From the NCBI GenBank assembly GCA_040954595.2, contig CM082584.2, positions 5,460,110 to 5,524,109 on the forward strand: 64,000 bases of DNA. Direction: 5' to 3'. Positions 56,878-64,000 of this stretch are shown one piece after another. How positions within the stretch are numbered: the first letter of the stretch is position 1; the number at the start of each line of letters is the position of its first letter. The translations under genes were made by a program, and so were the position numbers. The notes beneath the pieces are model-generated. The model searched no databases and was not told the DNA's origin. It saw only the letters and a program-made list of their open reading frames with translations. This stretch comes from Balanoglossus misakiensis (lineage: Eukaryota; Animalia; Hemichordata).

Positions 56878-56964
<87 letters not shown>

Positions 56965-58996
56965 TTCATTTATTTATTTATTTATGTATGTATACATGTA
57001 TTTATTTATTCATCTTTATATATTTTTCAATCTATGAATTTTATTAGGTTTGATAGTGATAAAAAACAGAATGGGCCTTGCAGGTTAATATAAACGTGTC
57101 TCGACATGTCATGTGGAAATAACTAGAAGAGGAGATTTTAAGTTAAACATAAATGTACTGCAGCTTTAGCCTATAACATAAGCAGTGTCAATCACTTTTT
57201 ATTACCTCTGACAATCAGTCTCATAAATCCATGCAGTCCTTGACTTCGTTGGGTGTCATTGGTGTAACATTCATAGATTCCTGCATCACTGGTCTTTGCA
57301 AATGATATTGTAATACTCTTCTGACCATTCCAGTTTGTTTTCTCATTTTCACCATGTCTCCATTTCAATGATGATTCAGCGATTGATGTTGTCATGGTCA
57401 ATGTTACATCATCTCCAAAACTCACTGTTTTGGTTTGACTTTCTGGTTGGATTTCAGCTGGCAGATGCACAGAGACAGACAATTGGCTTTGATTCATATT
57501 GCTTACACTGAAAAATGATCTTCAAATCATCAATCCATATATATATTTGAGATAATTTTATGTGCCATTATATCAGCGAGACAAAACTGCCCAAATTCAC
57601 CCATCCATCCATTAACCCACACATGAAACTATCAAATTTATGAGTAATGTATGTTCAAAATGCCAATACTACCGTTGTCATTTTAGCGACCCGAAACACT
57701 GATCAGAACTCCAATATAATTAGCCAAAGTAAACTGAGATTTTTATGCTGAAGTCAGCATCTGGTTACGTCCGTTTTGATCATTAGAACTGATTAGAGCA
57801 GTTCTGTATCAACACACTCTGGGGGGTGTCCTGCTTCGAACATGTCTAAAACACATGTGTACACATTTGTAAAGAGATTTTACACAGGGTCAGTTTTGAA
57901 GCAGGATGCCCCCTGTGGTACATGTTGATACAGAGCTATGTAATCAGTTATAATGATCATTGCAAATGTAATCATATGCCGACTTCAGCATAGCAATCTC
58001 AGTTTACTCTGGCTAATTATATTGGAGTTCTTATCAGTGTTTCGGGGTGCTAAAATGACAACGGTAGTAAGATTTGTTCATAACTTACCAGTTGCAGCAA
58101 CCTGTACTGTTACAAGTCTCTCAGTTACTGCACTGTTAGGCAAGGCTTCACAGTAGTACACACCAGGTCTGCCAGCACCAGTTGGTAATTTAAGTCTTCT
58201 TGCATAGCCACCAAAGTTTTCATATGAATGGCCTGCAGGAAGGTCATCTCCTGTGCCTGTGTTTAGGAATCTTCCAAAGACGAAATTTCTACCTACAGTA
58301 TTAGGGTTACCAGCTGAGTATCCGCCAATGAAATAATCACTATCACTTAAACTTGGTAATGCTCTAAAATTATAGAAGGTCACATCTAACCGAGCATCTG
58401 CAAAATAAAATGAATTAATTGAAAGGAATGTCTGTCTCAAAAATGTACCTTGTATGGTACAAATCAAAGAGAATTGTGGCTAATTTATATTATGCATGTT
58501 TAATCGCGGTTTTGTTCATGCAGACACAAGTGACAAGAATGCTTGGCTAGAAAACCAATAATGGCCTGGTGTTGTCCTTTAATGCATTAATTGGCAAATC
58601 CTAGCAACCAGGAAGTATAATGGTAAGAAACTCCAAGCTATGAAGGTGCTTGCCATAAACTTCAAAATACAACTGTACAACACATTGTTTTGGGCATTAT
58701 TGACATGGTCATATATAGTTAGTTTTTGCTACCATTTTGATTATTTTGACACTTTCAATTTGTGTATATCTAGCTTGGAAAATCACACACATGGTCTTTT
58801 TAGCAGCAAATGTCATCTGTATGCTCAAACTAACTTATGGCAGCTACCAGAATCATAAATTTCACACTGTCTATATTTTTTGGTTTGATTCAGAGAGTAT
58901 GCATGCAGCTATGAGAACTTGACCAACATTTATAACTCATAACTTACCTGTGAATGTCAATGGAATGAATAAAACCAGGCTTAGAAGACGATGCAT
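43206..58996 (-). CDS. Receptor-type protein tyrosine phosphatase-like protein with Tie-like ectodomain (SP-Ig-Ig-4xEGF-Ig-4xFN3-membrane-proximal domain-TM) and a single D2-type PTP domain, 29 exons, ~1500 aa
   Basis: Exons 58996-58948, 58397-58089, 57457-57206, 56571-56437, 55334-55188, 54535-54404, 53876-53718, 53322-53032, 52900-52571, 52149-52079, 50803-50560, 50217-49991, 49738-49666, 49288-49182, 48881-48686, 48130-48004, 47790-47532, 47332-47284 (weak acceptor), 46853-46733 (TM), 46587-46493, 46120-45948, 45570-45424, 45159-45060, 44922-44843, 44720-44586, 44491-44369, 44101-43947, 43799-43664, 43286-43206. Sum is 4503 nt in frame. PTP motifs KNRF, DYINASF, TQMPLPSTIVDFWRMVYD, YWP, VHCINGIGRSG, EQYQLCY. 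Tie-like motifs RLIVRGCPNGKWG and FCIADPYGCSC. Confidence 0.88.
54746..55133. mobile_element. TA-flanked MITE (CTGT...ACAG family)
   Basis: tactgtaaaacttgttattttcgcga ... ctcgcgaaaaaaacgtgttttacagta. Confidence 0.65.
55534..55699. repeat. Palindromic hairpin element
   Basis: atgatgactgaca..gggcaacagtgtatttttgatg / catcaaaatacactgttgccc..tgtcagtcatcat. Confidence 0.65.
56877..56985. repeat. (ATTT)n tetranucleotide microsatellite
   Basis: About 27 tandem tatt units; source of the IYLF-repeat ORFs. Confidence 0.95.
57667..58069. mobile_element. TA-flanked MITE with ~90-bp TIRs
   Basis: TA|ctaccgttgtcattttagcgacccgaaacactga ... tcagtgtttcggggtgctaaaatgacaacggtag|TA. Confidence 0.8.
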
Positions 58997-59516
58997 TTTG
59001 ACGAAATTATTTCACAGCTCACTCCGTTACACATATAACAATTGTTATCGTCCTCAATACCCATCTATGGGTATTGTTGTAAAATTTGTTTGCAAGGGTC
59101 AACAATTTGACATGTGGTCAAGGACATTTCCGTGTTTAGTATGCTTTACACGTAAGGTAAGGTTGCAATGTATACAAAATAGAGTTTGACAAACTTACGT
59201 ATTTAATGATTTCTTCATAACTTTTACTCTTTTATTCATTCAGAGCTATATGGGTTGTTCAGGGGGGGGGGGGCTGGAGGATTTTGGGGGAAAAACTCTT
59301 TATTCCAGGCAGCTTTGGAAAAAAGGGTTGTCTTTTCACCACAACATACAAAAAGACTGTTGCTTCCATTGAGGTCAAGCACTGTTGTATTCCATTTCAC
59401 CAGTGATCTGGAGCTGGTGCATTTGTAAGCAAGCATGTTATGGCGGTTGTACTAGATGGATGTACTCTGCTGAGCCTGATGGTAATGTCTATGGCCATGA
59501 CTGCATTTTCTCTGCA

Positions 59517-60809
59517 TAGAATTCATCATCAAATAAACTGTCACAGATAACTTAAGTTACTTTTTAAAAATTTATTGAAATATTAAACGCCATTGTATGC
59601 AACAACAAAAATGTAAATACAGGAAAACAATCTATAAGATAATATGATCACTAGAACAGAACAAGCTTGTTGTGGTGCCTGAATATTTCATTGGTCAATG
59701 TAGAATTCATCATCAAATAAACTGTCACAGTTAATTAAGTTACTTTTAAAAAAAATATTGAAATATTAAATGCTATTGTATGCAACAACAAAAATGTAAA
59801 TACAGGAAAACATAATCTATAAGATAATATGATCACTAGAACAGAACAAGCTTGTTGTGGTGCCTGAATGTTTCATTGGTCAATGTAGAATTCATCATCA
59901 AATCAACTGTCACAGTTAATTAAGTTACTTTTAAAAAAATTATTGAAATATTAAACGCCATTGTATGCAACAACAAAAATGTAAATACAGGAAAACAATC
60001 TATAAGATAATATGATCACTAGAACAGAACAAACTTGATATGGTGCCTGAATATTTCATTGGTCAATTAAAATTCATCATCAAATCAACTGTCACAGTTA
60101 ATTAAGTTACTTTTAAAAAAATTATTGAAATATTAAACGCCATTGTATGCAACAACAAAAATGTAAATACAGGAAAACAATCTATAAGATAATATGATCA
60201 CTAGAACAGAACAAACTTGATATGGTGCCTGAATATTTCATTGGTCAATGTAGAATTTATCATCAAATCAACTGTCACAGTTAATTAAGTTACTTTCAAA
60301 AAAATTATTGAAATATTAAACGCCATTGTATGCAACAACAAAAATGTAAATACAGGAAAACAATCTATAAGATAACATGATCACTAGCACAGAACAAACT
60401 TGATATGGTGCCTGAATATTTCAATGGTCAATGTAGAATTCATCATCAAATCAACTGTCACAGTTAATTAAGTTACTTTTAAAAAAATTATTGAAATATT
60501 AAACGCCATTGTATGCAACAACAAAAATGTAAATACAGGAAAACATAATCTATAAGATAATATGATCACTAGAACAGAACAAGCTTGTTGTGGTGCCTGA
60601 ATGTTTCATTGGTCAATGTAGAATTCATCATCAAATCAACTGTCACAGTTAATTAAGTTACTTTTAAAAAAATTATTGAAATATTAAACGCCATTGTATG
60701 CAACAACAAAAATGTAAATACAGGAAAACATAATCTATAAGATAATATGATCACTAGAACAGAACAAGCTTGATGTGGTGTCTGAATATTTCGATCATTG
60801 GTCAATGTA
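59517..60809. repeat. Tandem array, 7 units of ~183-185 bp
   Basis: The unit start tagaattcatcatcaaat recurs at ~59517, 59701, 59886, 60068, 60251, 60434 and 60619, and the units are near-identical. Confidence 0.95.
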
Positions 60810-63678
60810 ACGGCTGCAACGTGGGGGTTGCACTGGACGCCAGTGTTCATCAATGCAGTTGTAGATGTGTCTGTCACGGAATGGCATGTATCCTTCTTCG
60901 CAATGTAGAATACATTGAAATCCATCTGGTGAATCTCCGCAAGATAACGTCCCATCCTGAGGGTCTCCTAGGTCTGGACACTCAGCTGATGTTGGAAAGC
61001 GACATCAAATAAACAAAAAACAAAAAGAGTATAATGATGGATTGCTTATCTGTGAAAATAGAAAACCTCTAACTATGTCCTAAAACCCAGATAACATTTT
61101 GGTCAGTATAGTAATCAAAGATGACATGCTCACCATAACGGCCATATTCTCAATTATGAGAAGCAGTCGCAAAGTTGTGCTATTGAATATTCAGAAGTTC
61201 TACACCTTATAACTTGCTGATCTGAAACATATCTTTAACATAATAATACTACACTAGCATGCAACTATTGAGGTATATGGACTACTAGAATCTTCAAATC
61301 AGCTCATATCATTGTAATCATAGGTGAATCGACAGGTTTCGATGTATAAACCACAAGAATTTCAGTAATTCAAATAAACAGCAGGTCATAAATGATATAT
61401 GATGTCAAAAAGGTAATATTGTGGGGGTATGGGAAAACACAGTAACCAGTCATTACTTACCACGGCTGTGTATGATGGTGATATCGAATGTACACGTGGC
61501 TACATTTGCAGAGGTGTCTACAGCTGTGACTGTTACGGTATGAGGACTTCCTGTGACAGTAAACTCTGAACCACTCGCCCGGCTTGTTGTGACGAAAGCC
61601 AATTCGGTGTTGTCCGTAGCGACTGGTGGAAGCCAATCAATGTCAACGCCAGCATCTGACGTGTTTTGTGATTGGTCAGGCGGACAGAATGTTATCTTCG
61701 GTGGGTAAGGATCTGAATGTGATGAAAAATTAGACAAATACTAGTATATAATCAAATTTATCTCATTGTTCATATGAAAGGTATACAGTCACCTCCAATT
61801 TACATACAACCATATATGGCTAACATGGCGTATTTGAGTGTTCAAAAGAACATATGGTGGCGCTGTTTTTTTCGCATGTGCCACCCACTGAAAATCTGTG
61901 ATTGGCTAGATCTCAATTTGCCATGGTAACTATAGCTAATTTTCCATAGGTGACCGTATACCTTTAACAGACTTAGACAAATAATAGTAATCAAATTTTC
62001 CTCATTGTTCATATTAACAGACTCTTTTTGCATGTCAATACACTTGGTATTTTACCTCAGATTTTGATGTATTGCTTTATTTGCAACTGACCGGGTATTT
62101 TCAATCTCAAAGTCAAAATAGGAAGCAGCCACACACTAAAGACTTACCAACCACTTTCACTTGAAATAGGCACCATGCTTCTTCCTGACCAACTGCAGCC
62201 CGTACGTTGATGTGAACACCAGCCTTTGTCTGATCATTAAATTGTATGGTGCCGGGAATTTGGATGGCACCCATGACTTCATGTGTGATGACATTACCTC
62301 TTGCATCGATAGCCTCAATGCTGACATCAAGGTAAGCTGTGTCGCTATCTTCACTTAATACTGTCAGTAGTATGGGTGCAGTCGGGCACAGTCGGAATGA
62401 CACTGGCCCTGTAAATGGCGTTACTGAAATTCAAGAAAATTGTAAAGGCATTTCATATGTGTGACATGAATGTCCCAGCAATACATATTATTATAAAATG
62501 GCTATTGCAATATGATAATGTCTCCAAAACTCTGCATTAAGAAAATAAAAATAAGCTGCATTATGTGATTATTATAACATCATATACCAGTATATGTATC
62601 AATAACTTAAGGTGATTACTTCCTATCAACTTGTACAATATACTTCATTTTTTTTCTGTTGACTTTTGAGTTATGTCATATTGAATAATGCAAAAATGAC
62701 AATTATTGACAATATGTATATACTAACCTGTTGGTGTTGATAAAGTGGTTCCTTTTAATAAACAGACAAAGAACAATGTTAGTTTTATTACCTACTGGGA
62801 ATTTGCAACATGGATTGAATGAATCAACGTTCGACCACACACAACTTCCATCCCGTTTGTAGGATAGTAAAAACTCGCCCAAAATGAATAATTGGTAGAG
62901 AACGATTATACATTTTGGTGAGTTTTTTCACTCTCGTGTCTACCAGCGGGATGGAAGGTGTGTTTGGTTGAACGTTGATTCACTATATATATCCACATGT
63001 AGAATAACATAAACAGTGTCTTGTATCAAACATAATTAATGGAAAAAGGGCAGAGAGAGACTTTGTCTCTTTTAAGGCCGAGCTTACTTGTCACTGTTGT
63101 TGTTGCACTTTTTGCCTCACTTAAGGGTCCCCTCCCTCGTGATGTGTATGCCCCAACCTGAAAATATAATATAATTGTTAAATCCTAGGCAACAACATTA
63201 TTTTGTATCTCTTAAACTATACTGAGTGAAACTGCTCATCATATGTGGGTCTTTCTTCTCAGAGTACTCATCACCACACAAATTGCCCCATACCTTAATT
63301 AACTTGCTGATTTGTGACAACCTAGCACAGATGCAGTCAACAAAAGTAATGACCACCTATTGAAATATTTGATGAAATAATAATTTCATAGGAATTTAAT
63401 ATTGATGGAAATACATGAAAACAAAACGCTTGCCCATATCAATACTATTACCTGAACAGTATATGAAACCTCATTTGTAAGGTTGGTTATGAGATATGTG
63501 TTAACACCACCCAGATCTTCTGTCACTTCTTTCTCTTTCTTTGTGTTTACATTGCTTGTTTCCCAGTACATGATTTTATACTTTGTGATGATACCATTTA
63601 CTGGATCAGGTATTAACCATTGCACTTCAATGGTCGTCACTGCAGGAATCAACGTCACATTTCTTGGTTCGGATGGCA
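60795..63678 (-). CDS. Partial gene (5' end beyond the window): FN3 - Thr-rich linker - HYR-like - HYR - Sushi/CCP, with no TM in the visible part
   Basis: Exons 63678-63452, 63157-63088, 62751-62728 (24-nt microexon), 62423-62148, 61712-61461, 60985-60795. HYR motif DPYPPKITFCPPDQ..VDIDWLPPVATDN..VTVTAVDTSANVATCTFDITI. Sushi-like CPDLGDPQDGTLSC..CILHCEEGY..YNCIDEHWRPVQPPRC, followed by a TGA stop. Confidence 0.8.
62815..63070. mobile_element. Partial copy of the AGGGACAAAGTCTC Kolobok-like MITE
   Basis: Ends in ...cataattaatggaaaaagggcagagagagactttgtctct|TTAA and is homologous to the right part of 19776-20123. Confidence 0.7.
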
Positions 63679-64000
63679 CTGGGTAAATGCATGAAAATAA
63701 TACACATATTAAATTTAAGATTTAGATGTTCCATATAAAATGTTTCTTAAATTTATCTGTACAGGTAGTTTTCCTCTTCAGGTGACTGTATTTATATTCT
63801 ATGACTTGGTATGATGTTGTGTTTTTTTTTAAGTTGGTTGATATTAATACCTCTAACAGTTAAGTATACAGCACATTAGCCATTAGTAAGCTTATTTAAA
63901 TTGACCAATCTAAGTTTGAAAGTACAATCATGATGAAAATAATGCAATAATTAATTGGCATTCAGTTATTCACTTAGCCACTCAGTCAGGTAATCAGTCT

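Noticed and set aside
56821-57093. ORFs with IYLF repeats resembling membrane proteins
   Set aside because: Translation of the (ATTT)n microsatellite.
59517-60809. Regular repeat array as a possible CRISPR array or coding repeat
   Set aside because: Units are contiguous ~184-bp copies with no variable spacers, and no long ORF runs through them.
58997-63678. Treating the HYR/Sushi exons as the 5' part of the phosphatase gene
   Set aside because: The Sushi exon ends in an in-frame stop, and the phosphatase gene has its own ATG and signal-peptide exon at 58996-58948.

Overview
Intron-rich, AT-rich animal genomic DNA, most likely from an invertebrate deuterostome such as a hemichordate or echinoderm (inference from gene content only). 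I reconstructed five complete multi-exon genes and one partial gene by hand from GT-AG splice sites and phase continuity. They are TMEM59 (-), HOOK (-), RNF170 (+, head-to-head with HOOK), an SLC35D-family nucleotide-sugar transporter (-), a ~1500-aa receptor (-), and the 3' end of an upstream partial paralog of that receptor (-). The receptor joins a Tie/TEK-like Ig-Ig-EGF-Ig-FN3 ectodomain to ITIM-like tyrosine motifs and a single D2-type (probably pseudo-) tyrosine phosphatase domain. The paralog shares an FN3 module but ends in HYR-HYR-Sushi with no transmembrane segment in the visible part. Introns and intergenic DNA carry many non-autonomous DNA transposons, a 7 x ~184 bp tandem array and microsatellites. 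Most short ORFs in the supplied track are spurious. The best candidate for a novel system is the Tie-like D2-only pseudophosphatase receptor plus its putative soluble paralog. No rRNA, tRNA or CRISPR features were seen.
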